Shown: positions 40,519-54,191, counted from the stretch's first letter. The stretch is DNA of 64,000 nt from the human T2T-CHM13v2.0 reference genome, Homo sapiens (GCF_009914755.1 NC_060930.1); one strand, 5' to 3'. Numbers and translations: made by a program. Notes: a model not told the origin generated them from the letters alone.

Positions 40519-43500
40519 CCCTGGAGAGTGCTTCTTTCACTTGCATCTGAGATATAGGTTGCCTCCTTGCTAAGGTGTGTCATGTACAAGTTACATGTCC
40601 AACTATATCTAAGAACAACAACAACAAAATTACAGAGCAGAGCCATAAAGAGACAAAATCATATCAGAGTGTAAGAATATGTAAAATATTAGAGTGTAAG
40701 AATCAAAATTGAGCTATGCAGAGAAGGAGTGGACATATGGTGGAGAAAACCGGGCTGTTTGTAGGAATTCCTGTGTGAAGAAATAAAGCTGTTCAATTTA
40801 AGTGCTGTGTGTGTGTGTGTGTGTGTGAAATACACATGGAGGGAAGCAGTGATTGAAAAGCCTGGCCACTTGGAGATATGTTGGGAGAGTTTTATGAAAA
40901 CTCCCAAGAGTAATTGAAAAAATCCCAGGCAGAATGCTTAAATAATTAAAGCAACATGTTAGAGAAAGGTGTTTAGTTTTCAATGTCAGAGCTTGAACAT
41001 GAGAAAATAGAAATTGAAGAGTAAGAGAAAGAAGTCATAAAGATATTAAATGATTGAGTTTTACCCGCATTTATCGTGTCAGCTCCCGAGGTGGACAGCA
41101 GGAGTCTTTCTGCAGCGTCAGTGCCCATCACACTTCATGCTGCAGAATACATCCTCCATAAACACCATAGCATGGATGATGACAGAGGTGAATGGAAAGA
41201 AAGAAGAACATTCTGGTGATGTTGTGCAGGAAGGATCTACAGTATTTGTCAAGACATTGGGTGGAGAGATTTGAGGGAGAGGAGACAAAGACATTGGGAA
41301 GTCTTGAGCCTAGTGTGGTAGACACAAAAGAGATTCTGAATTAATAGCTGATGAATGAATCCACTCATTTATTTGTATTTGTTATGTGAATGAATGTTAC
41401 ATGAATGACCTGGCGTGGAGAAAACAGATGGTGAGACTATGTGCTAGGGTAAAGCAAGAGCTCAAGTTTTTTGTTTTTTGTTTTTTTTAATTTAGAAAAA
41501 AATCTGCTTTTCATATCTGGTTTTCCTATTTAAAGCTATGTGATTTGAGAAAAATGGTTTAACTCCTCTGAGCTTTAGTGTCATCTACAAAATTTGGATA
41601 ATGATACTGAGGGAAGCTGAAAAGCCGTATCAACCAACTTATACAAAAAATAATAAACATTCACTTCCATTTCTAATGCATGGTGTTGAAAAAGTCCTTG
41701 TATGTGGAATATTGTTCACCTTTAAGGAACCTGCTCTCAAGAGCTGATGAGGGACTTTTTTTAGTGCAGTTCTGTTGTCACTGGCTGTTAGGCTCATTTA
41801 GTTGGCACCAACAAATCTCTGTGAACATAAAAATAAAATAAAATAAAGATTGTGGAGGAATAGAATACAAACACATAGTAAGGTGAGATTTGCACAACAG
41901 AGTATAGTAAAGGATGTGTGCCTGATTCTTTTTGCATTCTCTTTGAATCATTTTTAGCCTTTACTCTACAGTCCCCAATTATTGTCATCCTTCTCCCAAC
42001 AAGATCGTTTCTCTCCACCACAGATATTCTGGCCAGGCTCTCTGGTTAACCATCTTGATGTCCTGAGCACTCTGTTTGTACTGAGACTCTGATTTATGTT
42101 CAAATGATGCTCTTCCATAGCAAGGCTTCCTGCTTTGCCCAAAGACCATTCAATTTTTCAAGCAATTTAGGGCTCCTTCCTCACCCAGTATCTATGTGAA
42201 ACCTTAAAGGGAAGCCTATTCTTTCCAGGAAGATAGTCCTGTTGTGGTTTTAACCTCAATCTGTAAATTTGCTGGGGTAACTGGGAAAGAAGTCATAAAG
42301 ATATTAAAGGATTGAGGTTTATCCACATTTACTGTGTCAGCTCCTGAGGTGAACAGCATGAGTCTTTCTGCAGCTTCAGCCCCCATCACACTTCATAGGT
42401 GAAGAAAACATCCTCCATAAACACTGTAGCATGGATAACAGAAGGAAAAGATTCTGGAGAGGTTATGCAGGAAGAATCTACAGTATTTGTCAAGACATTG
42501 GGTGGAGAGATTTGAGGGAGAGGAGACAAAGGCACTGGGAAGTCTTGAGCACAGTGTAGCAGACACAGAAGCGATTTTGAATTAGTATCTGATGAATGCA
42601 AGAATAAATCCACTTATTTATCTGTATTTGGTAAATGAATGAATGTTACATGAGTGAGCTGGTGTGAAGAAAACAGATGATGAGACTATGTGCTAAGTGA
42701 AAGCAAGAGCTCATGATTTTTTCATTTAGAAAGAAATCTGCTTCCCATATCTGGTTTCCCTCTTTAAAGTTATGTGATCTGAGGAAAATGGTTTAACTGC
42801 TCTGAGCTTCAGTGTCATCTATAATACTGTGGTAATAATACTTGGGGAAGCTGAGAAACTATATCGACCAACTTACATAAAAATTAATAAACAGTCAGTA
42901 TAGTTTCTAGCACATAGTGCTGAAAAAGTCCTTGAACGTGGAGTATTGTTCACCTTTAAGGAAAATGTTCTGAAGGTCTAAGGAGAGATATCAGTGCAGT
43001 TTTGTTGCCATTGGTTGATTTGCTCATTTATTTTGTAGCAACAAACTTCTGTGATGATAAAAATGAAATAAAGTTTAAAAAGTAAAATAGATGGTGGAGA
43101 AACACAATAGGGATGTATAGTAAGGTACGATTTTCTAGGCAAAATGGATTTGTACAAAAGAATGTAGTAGTAAAGGATTTGTGCCTGATTCTTGTTGTAT
43201 TATTTTTGAATCTCATTTAGCCTGTATTCTAATTCCCCAGTTGTTGTAATCCTACCCCCAACAAGATTATTTCTTTGCACCATGAACATTCTGGTCAGAT
43301 TCTCTGCTTAACCATCTTGACTTCCTGAGCACTCATGTTTTTACTGAGACCCTGATATAGGCCCAAATAATGCCCTTCCATAGGAGGGCTTCTTGCTTTG
43401 CCCATAGAGCATTCAATTTTTCAAGCAATTTAGAGCTCTTTCCTCACCCAGGGTCTGTATGAAACCTTAAAGAGAAGCCTGTTCTTTCCAGGAAGAGAAT

Positions 43501-44214
43501 TCCAGTGGGTTCTAACCTCAACCTATAAATCCACTAAGCAAGCTCCTACTGAACACCTATGATGCAAGCTCAATCCAAGAGGCCAGCACTCCACAGGGGG
43601 AAGGCAACCGAAGCAGTAGCTAATGCTTACTGAGCAGTTCTTATTGATCAGATCCATCTCTAGGTGCTGTGATCCACCCAAAAATATCCCACAATCCTTA
43701 TTTCCCATGTAAAGAAAGAAGATTGAAAGAAAGGGAAGCTAAATGATAGCTTCAAAGTGACAACTTCCCTGACTCTTCTACTGAAAACTGAATGTGTCAC
43801 CTCCACACTGCCGAGTCCTTTACTGCCTAATGAGTCCCTCCCAGTAGATATCATCACATGACTTCTTGTTTTTCTTCTTTGCTTCCTGTCTGTTTCTCCC
43901 CACTCCTTGCAACTATGACGTAGTATCACAAAGGTGAGAATATCTGTGTTTTATTCACTGTGAATTACTGTACCCAAAACAGTCTCTTAACAAGGTATGC
44001 GCTTGAGAAATATTTGTTGGATGATTAAAAGAATAAAAGAGTTCACCCACCCCACCCGATAATTATGTTTGGATGACCTTCAGAGCAGACAGTTGGAAGA
44101 GAAATTTCCCCTGCTTCCCTTGTCAGCTAGAGAGGTAGACATTGACATAGCTTGTAGTTTCTTGTGTAATTTATATCTCTTCACCACGCCTTGTATTCAA
44201 ACCACTAAGAAGCC

Positions 44215-44298
44215 AAAAGAAGGAAAAAGAGAAAAAGAAAGAAAGAAAGAAGAAAGGAAGAAAGAAAGGAAGAAAGAAAAAGAAAGAAAGAAAGAAAA

Positions 44299-44329
<31 letters not shown>

Positions 44330-44333
44330 GAAA
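44215..44333 (+). repeat. (GAAA)n polypurine microsatellite
   Basis: Direct read. Confidence 0.95.
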
Positions 44334-44455
44334 GCTCATTTTTAAATTTTAAGCTAATATTTGGACTGTCTTGAAATCACTATCTCATAGCATTTGTGTT
44401 CCATTATTTATCACACCTATTTCATTTCCCTTAACGGAAAGAGCGGCAAAAGCTG

Positions 44456-44528
44456 TACCTTGTCTGATGTTCAAACTCAGGACCTTCAGAATACGAGATT
44501 GACAGGCGGCCTGCTGCTCTAAGAGAGC
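44456..44528 (-). pseudogene. tRNA-Met-derived pseudogene (anticodon position now CGT)
   Basis: Reverse complement GCTCTCTTAGAGCAGCAGGCCGCCTGTCAATCTCGTATTCTGAAGGTCCTGAGTTTGAACATCAGACAAGGTA; near-identical to 12144-12216. Confidence 0.87.
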
Positions 44529-45383
44529 AACTGTTCCTAAGAGCTGAGATCCAGATTATTAAATCTCATTTCCCACGCACTGCTGCTTTATCAATTCCTA
44601 GCTTTTAAAGAACACAATCAATGCTACTTGGAAATCACTCCTTATCAGCCAGTGCTGCACTGGAAGAATTCCCCACTCAGGACAGGTGGAGTCCACCCGT
44701 TTCCAGTATTCACATAATGATAGGACCTTCTGGCTTGAGGGACCAGAAACAATTGTACCTGTCTTGCTGCTTTTTTTCCTCTTGTGGCCCAGTCATCTAG
44801 CTTTTCCCTTCTTCAGAGATCTTAGTCACTCTTCTTTTCCGTAGTCTCCTTTGTTGATAAGAAACAGAGGTAGTGCTCAATTCATGATAGTTCATTGAGT
44901 GACCAACTGAATGAATGAAGGAAGAAATAGCCTTCCAAGGTGTCTGCCATTCATACTACTCTTACTGTGTATCTACACTTGCATCTCTATGGCTGGAGAC
45001 ATTCACTCAACAAAAAACACAAACTGAACTTATAATCATATCCTCCCTGTTTTTTCCCCAGTTTTTGTGCCATGAATTATACTAGGAGACTTAGGGAGTT
45101 TACTTGATGTAGTCTGACTGAATTTTGCCAAAAAACTATGTCTTAGCCTGCACTTTATGCACTTTTTAGAAGTAATAGAAGCTCAGGTAAGTTAAGTGTT
45201 CTTTCTAAGGTGCCAAAGCTGCTAAGTGGGAAAGCCCAAATTGAGAAGCAGATATTTTTAGATTTTAAGTGTGATTTTTTTCCTCTGTACCAGCTCAGTT
45301 ATTCTGCCTGTTCTTTTGCACTTTAGCCCATTCATTCATACACCAAATATCTAATTCCAAACCTCCTCTTTACTTACTTTTTG

Positions 45384-45386
<3 letters not shown>

Positions 45387-45415
<29 letters not shown>

Positions 45416-46030
45416 GACAGAGTGTCGCTCTGTCACCCACGCTGTACTGCACTGGTGAGATCTTGGCTCATAGCAACCTCTGTCTCCCGGGTTCAAGTAA
45501 TTCTCCTGTCTCAGCCTCCTGAGTAGCTGGGACTACAGGTGCTTGCCACCACGCCCAGCTAATTTTTGTATTTTTAGTAGAGACGGGGTTTCACCATGTT
45601 GGCCAGGCTGGTCTCAAACTCCTGACCTCAGGTGATCCGCCCACCTCAGCCTCCCAAAGTGCTGTGATTACATGTGTGAGCTACCCCTCCCGGCCTGGGT
45701 TTAACTATTTTATTTTATTTTATTATTTTATTTTATTTTATTTTATTTTATTTTATTTTATTTTATGACAGGGTCTCACTTTGTTGTCCAGGCACCGGTG
45801 CGATCTCTGTTCACTGAAACCTCCGCCTCCCGGATTCAAGTGATCCTCCCACCTCAGCCTCCTGAGTAGCTGGAACTACAGATGCATACCACCACACCTG
45901 GCTAATTTTTGTATTTTTTGTAGAGACAGGGTTTCACTGTGTTGTCCAGGCTGGTCTCAAACTCCTGGTGTCACGGGATCTGCCCATCTTGGCCTCTCAA
46001 AGTGCTGGGATTACAGAAAAGAGTCTGGAC
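45387..46030 (-). mobile_element. Tandem AluS + AluJ pair with T30 and (TTTTA)n tails
   Basis: Same pair and flanks as 13411-14046. Confidence 0.92.
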
Positions 46031-46409
46031 TTGGGCTTACCTTTCAAGTCAACTTTGACTTACTGTCTTCCTTCAAACACTACATTCAAGGATTTGTCAA
46101 ATAATGAACATTATTCTTGCACAACTCTTTTGAATCTATAAATTACTTTCTACTCATTTAGTACATATTCACTGGGGAGATGCTCTGTGTCAGACACTGT
46201 AGGTAATTCAGAGGAAGTATAGACACCCTAGACCTCAAAAAAAGACAAAATAAATATGGACAAGGGAAGATCCACCTCCAGATGCACCATTTTCAGTCTT
46301 TCTGTCATTTCCAGCTAAATAACTCTTTCAAAAAATGTCTCAAAATAACTAAATAACTCTTCCAATAATAGCACTCTTCTATATGCTGGACTACTCTTAA
46401 TTTCCTGGT

Positions 46410-48880
46410 TATGACATGATCTTACTTTTCTTTTAATTTTTGTCTTTGCCTTCTACCTAAATTTTTATTTTGCATTATGAAGTTAATAGGTCCATTACTG
46501 GATGGTATGGTTTAATTCTCCAATATGTTTGCTGATTTGTTTTCTACTAAGTCTACCAATTACTGAGAGAGGAGTGTTAGTGTTGGCAACTATAATTGGA
46601 TTTTTCTGTTTTTACCTTGCGTATCCAATTTTTTTTATGAGTTTTGAAACTCTGTGTTCTCATATACACTTGGGACAATATTCCCCTGGAAAATTGACAA
46701 TCGTAATTATTTAGCAGCCCTCATTATTCCTGAAAAGTTTCTCTGCTTTCAAATCTACTTTGCCTGATTTTTTATATATACACCACAGCTGTCTTTGATT
46801 AGTGCTTGCATGAGGTATCTTTTCCCACTCTTTTCTTTCAATCTGCTCTATAACTTTTATTCTTATATATAAGTGTATAGCAGGTGGCTTTCTTTAGTCA
46901 GCATATTTATTTTTAACACATTCTGATGATCTCTAGTTTTTAATTAATGCATTTAGATTATTTACATGTAATGTCATTATAGATAAGTTTTTAGATAGGT
47001 CTATTATTTAATAATTTATTAACCTTGTTTCCCTTTGTTTTAATTCATCTATGTTCCTCTTTCTATCTTGTTTTGGTTTACTTAAATCTTGTTAGTAGGT
47101 GGTCTAGGGTTTACCATATACATATATAACCTTTCACAGTGTACTTAGAATCAATATTTTACCATTCAAGTTGAATAAAGAAACTTCATCAAGAGTTAGT
47201 CCCATTACACTTACCCTTTTATCTTATGTATGTAGTACATCTGGATATAATGACAACTGCTTCTGATAAAGTTACAATTTTTGCTTTCAATCATCAAACA
47301 TACCTTAAGGAACTCAAGGGAAGAATAATAGTCTGTTATGTCTACCCAGACATTTTCTATTTCTGCTTTTGTTCCTTCACTGATGATGTTCTAAGTTTCC
47401 TTCTGGTATCATTTTTCTTATCTCAAATCTTTGCTAATTCTTTTCCAGCAGTCTTCCTAAGAATGAGAATGTATTTACTTACCTTCCACTGAGAATGCAT
47501 TTATTTGCCTTTATGTCTGGAAGATACTTTTGCTCCACATAGCATTCTGGGTCGATATGTCTTTTTCTTTTGTTACTTACCGAATGTTATGACATTTTTT
47601 CTGGCCCCTATGGTTCCTGATGCGAAATCTACAATCATTCATATGGTAGTTTCTCTTTCATTTCCCTTTGGCTGCTTTCAAAATTGTTTTGTATTTTCTT
47701 AGTTTTCAGCAGTTTGATTATGATATGCCTTGCTATGGGTTTCTTTGGGTTTATCCTGATTGACATTTACTGAACTTTAAAAATCTGGTTTATATCTTTT
47801 GACAAATTTGAACCATTTTCAGCTATTAATTGTTCAAAGTTTTATCCCACAAAGACCACTTTGTCCTCTTCTTTCCAGATTACAATAATGTGAATGTTGG
47901 ATTTGTTATTTTTTATTTGTCCCTGAGCCTCTGTTCAGAGACAATAAAATCCTCCTTTCTCTCTATAGTTCAGATTATGTAGGTATTCGTGTTCTGTTTT
48001 CAAGTTCATTGACTTTTTCCTTAGTCTTCTGCATTCTATTATGGAGATCCTCCAATTAAGCTTTTTATTTCCCCTAAGAGTTTTGGTTAATACATTTTTT
48101 TAATTCTTAAGTTTAAATTGGTGTTTATATATTCGAAATATTTGGTTAGACTTTCCAACTTTCCATTCACTTCACCAATGTTATCCCCGATTCTAGGAGC
48201 ATTGTTATAATATCTGCTTTAAAGTATGTGTCAGATGATTTTGACATCTGTGTCCTCTCAATATTGTTATTCGAGGATTCTCTTTGCCATGTGAATTAAG
48301 ATCTCCCTGTTTTTTCATAATGCTGAATATTTTGGGGCTTGTAACCTGGACTTCTTTGGATTATGTGATGAGACACTGTGTCTTGCTGAAATCTTAAGGA
48401 TAATATTGCTATTTTTGTTTTTGCAGGTACACAATTGCCTTGTATTTAAGCTCCAAGTATCAACCAGACTTCCATGTGTTGTCGTTTCGAAGATAACTCT
48501 ATTTGAAAGGCTTGACACTGCTGTTCAGAGATCTCCAAAGTGTGTGCAACCCAGTGGTCAGTGAGGACTGGAAAGTGGGCCATTGCACAGTTCAGCTCTC
48601 AGGCTCTTTTTAGGTAAGTTGTTCGGGATTAGAGCCACTTATTCACAGCTGGCAGGTGTGTCCACAAGCTCATGAACAACTTTATGGGTTTGCTTTCTAC
48701 AGTATCTGTCCAGGCACATTCTAGTTACTTGACACATCTTGGTTTCAGTCCTCTCACCAGAAAGCCGGGGCTGTATTTAACCAGGTGGCTCTGTCCTCCA
48801 CTTTTCACAATTGTCTCACATTTAGGACCAAGCTGCAGGCAGAATCAGGGAGAAAAGAGCAGTTTTATATGTCCCTTGGT
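46410..48880 (-). mobile_element. Old L1M fragments (unit copy)
   Basis: Paralog of 14450-16900 and 37250-39720. Confidence 0.65.
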
Positions 48881-49063
48881 TTCACAGCTCCTTGAAGAAA
48901 CAGCAAATGAATTACACAGTAGATCTACACTATACTGAATGCCAGCAGGAAGCTGTCACCAGTCCTGTATTGTTGCTGCTCCTATGTCTTGAACCAAAGA
49001 CACTGAGAGCAGTGTCTTGCTCTCAGACACTGACTCGGGTTTGGGTACCTAAATAATAAAGCT

Positions 49064-49136
49064 TGGAGAATGTGGGCATCGATCCCACTACCTCTTGCAT
49101 GCTAAGCAAGCGCTCTACCACTTGAGCTAATTCCCC
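49064..49136 (-). tRNA. tRNA-Ala (AGC)
   Basis: Identical to 35158-35230; intact cloverleaf. Confidence 0.95.
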
Positions 49137-50726
49137 ATATCAGGGAAGCTTTGTTTATCCTTAGTGGGTGGCCTGGAACACAGGTAATTTCAGGGCCTTC
49201 AGCGGGAAAGCAGGGCTCTACTAAGACAGATCTTCTCATTGATGGCGCAGGGCAAGGCACAGTGGCTACTCATTCTCTGCAAAGAAGGAGGAAAAAAGGG
49301 AAGAAGGAGAAAGTCACAAAGGGAAAACTCACGCTGCCAAAATGTCAAGTTTAGGGTATTCCGGGACAGAAAAAGACACGTCCCAGCAAAGAAGACCTAC
49401 CTAGACCTGCCCAGCTAAAGTGTCACTGATTTTTAAAAAATAATTAATTAAAAATGATTAAATGATTGTGTGTGTGTTGCATGTGTGTGTGTGTGTGTTT
49501 ATAAAAGTGGGATGGCATTATCACTTGTTCCTTGTAGCTGAGACTCTGGGGGTTGTGAGATGGTCCAGATTTCTGGAAGGCACAAAAGGTTGTGAGATGG
49601 TCCAGATTTGTGGTAGACACAAAAGGGATTCTGAATTAATATCTGATGAATGAATCCACTCATTTATTTGTATTTGTTATGTGAATGAATGTTACAGGAA
49701 TGACCTGGTGTGGAGAAAACAGATGGCAAGACTATGTGCTAGGGTAAAGCAAGAGCTCACGTGTTTTTGTTTTTGTTTTTTTAATTTAGAAAAAAATCTG
49801 CTTTTCATATCTGGTTTTCCTATTTAAAGCTATGTGATTTGAGAAAAATGGTTTAACTCCTCTGAGCTTTAGTGTCATCTACAAAATTTGGATAATGATA
49901 CTGAGGGAAGCTGAAAAGCCATATCAACCAACTTATACAAAAAATAATAAACATTCACTTCCATTTCTAATGCATGGTGCTGAAAAAGTCCTTGTATGTG
50001 GAATATTGTTCACCTTTAAGGAACCTGCTCTCAAGAGCTGATGCGGGACTTTTTTTAGTGCAGTTCTGTTGTCTCTGGCTGTTTTGTTCATTTAATTGGC
50101 ACCTACAAGTCTCTTTTAACATTAAAATAAAATAAAGATTGTGGAGGAATAGAATACAAACACATAGTAAGGTGAGATTTGCATAATAGAATATAGTAAA
50201 CGATTTGTGCCTGATTCTTTTTGCATTCTCTTTGAATCATTTTTAGCCTTTATTCTAAGTCCCCAATTATTGTTATCCTTTTCCCAACAAGATTGTTTCT
50301 CTCCGCCACGGACATTCTGGTCAGGCTCTCTGCTTAACCATCTTGACCTCCTGAACACTCTGTTTGTCCTGATAACCTGATATATGCTCAAATGATGCTC
50401 TTCCATAGGAGGGCTTCCTACTTTGCCCAAAGAGCATTCAATTTTTCAAGCTGTTTAGGGCTCTTTCCTCACCCAGGGTCTATTTGAAACCTTAGAGGGA
50501 AGGCTATTCTTTCCAGGAAGAGAACCCTGCTGGGTTCTAACCTCAATCTGTAAATCCACTGGGGTAACCCGGGTTAGCTCAGTTACTCCAGAGCTTGCTC
50601 TCTGAGAACTGGATGGTGCTGCTACTTCCCATAAAGGCTGAATAAAAAGAGGCGTCTGCAGGCAGGAGAAAGCGCTCTATGGTCATTGCTGCAAGATTCC
50701 TTCTGACCATTGGCTATCTCTCTGAC

Positions 50727-51011
50727 CGGGTGTGAGAAGGGTGACAAAAATCGGAGACTTGAAAACAGGCCAAAAAAAAAAAAAAAAAAAAATGGATTCA
50801 AAAGAATTTTAAAAGAATCATGCACAAGTTCTTAATTAGATTCTTTTATCCAAATCCATTTTGTCTGGAAAATAATACCTTACTACGTATCTGTATTTTA
50901 TTCCTCCATAATCTATTTTATTTTATTTTAATGTTCACAAGAAGCTGGATGCTAGCTACCAAATGAGCAAATCAGCCACGATAACAGAATTGCACTAAAA
51001 TCTCTCATCAG
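50727..51011 (-). repeat. Second inverted ~280 bp module (partner at 50038-50291)
   Basis: Paralog of 19668-19945; termini more decayed. Confidence 0.8.
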
Positions 51012-51438
51012 ATATTGATACAGTCAAGACCCTCATGAGTGCCTATGATACAAATTCAGTGTGAGAGGCCAGCTTTCTGCAAGGAGAAGGCAACCAAAGC
51101 AGTAGCTAATACTGAGCAGTTCCTATTGCCCAGATCCATTTCTAGGTGCTGAGATCCAGCCAGAGAATTCCACAGTCCTCATTTTTCATATGAAGAAACA
51201 TGTGAGTGATTCACCATCCCAATCCTCATGTATCATCAGTTTTCAAACAAAGCCAAGTAGCCTTCTGTGCAAAAAGCTCTCCTAACCCCCAGTTGCCTTG
51301 ATAGGTAAAAGTATTCTTATGACAGTGCTAGAAAAACACGGGCACAAGTGTTCCGGCAAGATGACTAGAAGGCAAAGCTAAAGTTGTCAAGGTGACAAAG
51401 TCCCTGATTGTCCTCTTGAAAGCTGAACGTGCCACCTC

Positions 51439-52500
51439 ATGTGTATATGTGTATGTGTGGATGCATATGTGTATGTTGTGTGTACACACCTACACATATA
51501 TCTACAAATGCATGTGTGTATGCATGCATGTGTGTACACGTGCATGCACACATGTATCTGTATACATGTATTATGTACACAGTATGCATGTGTACATGTA
51601 TGTGTGTCTGTGCATGTGTAGATGTATAAATGCATGTACACATGCATCTACATATGCATGTGTATGCCTAAATGTGTGTGCACAGGCATGAACATGTGCA
51701 TTATACATGTGTACATGTATGTATGTTTGTACACATGTATCTGCACATGCATATGTACATACATGCATGTACATGTGAATACACGTGTATGTATACATGT
51801 ATGTACACCTGTGTGCACATGCCTCTACATATCTGTATAACTATATGTGTGTGTACCCATGTGTACATGCATCTGCGGGTATGCATTTGTGTACACATAT
51901 GTCTGCACATGCATGCCTGCAGGCATGGATGCATGTGTGTGTGTGCATGTATGCATGTGTATCCATGTATGTGTGTACACAGAATGTTTGTATGTTTGTG
52001 TGTAGGTATTCGTGTATGCATAAATGTGCACATGCATGTTTGCATGCATTTGTTTACACATGTATACGTGTGTGTATGCATGTGTGTATACACATTTGTA
52101 TACACATGTACGTTTGTGTGCATGTGTATGCACATATATGCATGTGTACATGTATACATTGTGCTCATGTGTGCCTACATGTATGTATATATTGTACATG
52201 CATTGTGTGTATGCACATATGTATGTGCACGTGTGTGTGCATGTGTGTACATGCATGTATGCACACGTTATTTATGTGTGCATGCATGTATTTGCATACA
52301 TATTTGTGTGTGCACATGTGTGCACACATGCATGTGTGTAGGCACGTGTGTGGATGTGCACACGTATGTATGGGCACGTGTATTCTTGCATGCACGTGTA
52401 CATGTATGTGTGCACACATGCATGTGTAGGGATGTATGTTGTATACGTGTATGTGTGTACATGTATGTGTGTACACAAAATCTGTTTGTATGTACACCTA
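51439..52500. repeat. Degenerate alternating purine-pyrimidine tract ((TG)/(CA)/(TA), CATG/TGCA/TGTACA units)
   Basis: About 1060 bp of nearly unbroken RY alternation with no fixed period. Confidence 0.95.
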
Positions 52501-52504
52501 GATC

Positions 52505-52865
52505 TGTATTAGTCAGGGTTCTCTAGAAGGACAGAACTAACAGGATAGATGTGTACATGAAGCGGAGTTCATTAAGAAGTATTGACTCACACAATCGGAA
52601 GTTGAAGCCCCACAATAGGCTGTCTGCAAGCTGAAGAGCAGGGAAGCCAGTCCGAGTCCCAAAACCTCAAAAGTAGGGAAGCTGACAGTGCAGCCTTTAG
52701 TCTGTGGCCAAAGGCTCAAGAGCCCCTGGCAAACCACTGGTGTAAATCCAAGAGTCCAAAAGCCGAAGAACTTGGAGTCCAATGTTTGAGGGCAGGGAGC
52801 ATCCAGCATGGGAGAAAGATGGAGGCCAGAAGACTCAGCAAGTCTTCCTTTTCCAAACTCTTCTG
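52505..52865 (-). mobile_element. MLT2A (HERV-L) LTR, truncated
   Basis: TGTATTAGTCAGGGTTCTCTAGA...CCCACAATAGGCTGTCTGCAAGCTGA...GCATCCAGCATGGGAGAAAGATG. Confidence 0.88.
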
Positions 52866-53208
52866 AGTGTATGTATGTATACATGCATGCATGTATACAT
52901 GTATGTTTTCAATATTTATACACATGGAATCATTTAGGATATTATTAGATCTGGCTTCTTTGATATTAACTTTTCATTATGTTTTTAAATTCCATCTATG
53001 TTGTTGGATGACCACTTGCCTGATACTGTTCATTGCAATACAGACTTCCATGTATGAACACATCACAGTTCGTATAACCATATTGCCATTGATAGCTATT
53101 ACATTATATCTATCCTTCAGTTATTACAAATGATGCCACTCTAAACATTCCTGAATGTGTATCCTGGTACACATAAGCATGCATTTTCTATGCAAAAATG
53201 AGTGGAAT

Positions 53209-54191
53209 TGAAACCATCTTTGCAAAAATTATGACAGTGAGAAAAATCTAACATAGCTGACTATCTTGCTTCTAACTTCACAAACTGTCCTTGTTCATTC
53301 CTGGGCATAGGCCAAGCTAACTATGGAGGAATTCATAGTTTAATTTTAAAACAAAGATGATAATAGCTGCTTCCCAAAAGTAACCCCTCCCTGCTAAGGG
53401 ACTGAAACTACCTTTGTAAAACTAACAAATTAGGCATAAGGTTAAAAGTATGGTTCAGGAATAATGTAGCTGGAAGTCACAAGATTGTAGCCTCCTCAGT
53501 TGCTCCTATAGATAACATCACTACTGTAAAGCCTAAGATTGGTGCTTGATGTATTTTTTAGACCCTGTATTTTGATGGACCAGCTGATGTCACCTGGACA
53601 GGTAACCCATTAAAAAACAAACAAACAAACAGACAAACAAACAAAAAGCCGCCAGCCTGACCAACATGGGGAAACCCCATCTCTACTAAAAACATAAAAA
53701 TTAGCCAGGCATGGTGGTGCTCATCTGTAATCCCAGCTACTCAGGAGGCTGAGGCAGGAGAATCGCTTGAACCCAGGAGGTGGAGGTTGCAGTGAGCCGA
53801 GATTGCACCATTGCCTGGGTGACAGAGTGAGACTCCGTCTCAAAAAAACAAAAAAACAAAAAGCAAACAAAAAAAAAAAACTGGCTCAGCTGGTCTCATG
53901 AACCCCTGATCCAGGAACTGACTCAGTGCAAGAAGACAGCTTTGACCCTTTATGATTTCATCCCTTACCCAACAAATTAGCATTCCCCAGTCCCTACCCC
54001 CTGTCCATCAAACTATCCTTGAAAAACTCTGGCCTCCAAATTCTCAGGGAGGTGGATTTGAGCATTATCTTTCATCCTTCCACTTGGCTGGCCCTGCAAT
54101 TATTAAACTCTTTCTTTGCTGCAAAACCTGCTGTTCTCACTGCATTGGCTTTTCTGCGCGGCAGACAAGAAGAACCTGTCAAGTGATTACA
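53209..54191 (+). mobile_element. LTR8-family (ERV1) solo LTR
   Basis: TGAAACCATCTTTGCAAAAATTATGAC...GATTACA; TG...CA ends; 4-bp target-site duplication GAAT at 53205-53208 and 54192-54195. Confidence 0.88.
53650..53880 (+). mobile_element. 5'-truncated AluS nested in the LTR8
   Basis: CCAGCCTGACCAACATGG...GAGACTCCGTCTC plus A-rich tail. Confidence 0.92.

Noticed and set aside
44456-44528. Apparent Met-to-Thr anticodon switch (CAT to CGT)
   Set aside because: D, T and acceptor stems and the B box were already broken; neutral decay
51387-52526. Many overlapping ORFs up to 284 aa rich in Cys/His/Val/Met
   Set aside because: Artefact of the RY-alternating tract, which seldom produces stop codons; not a metal-binding protein
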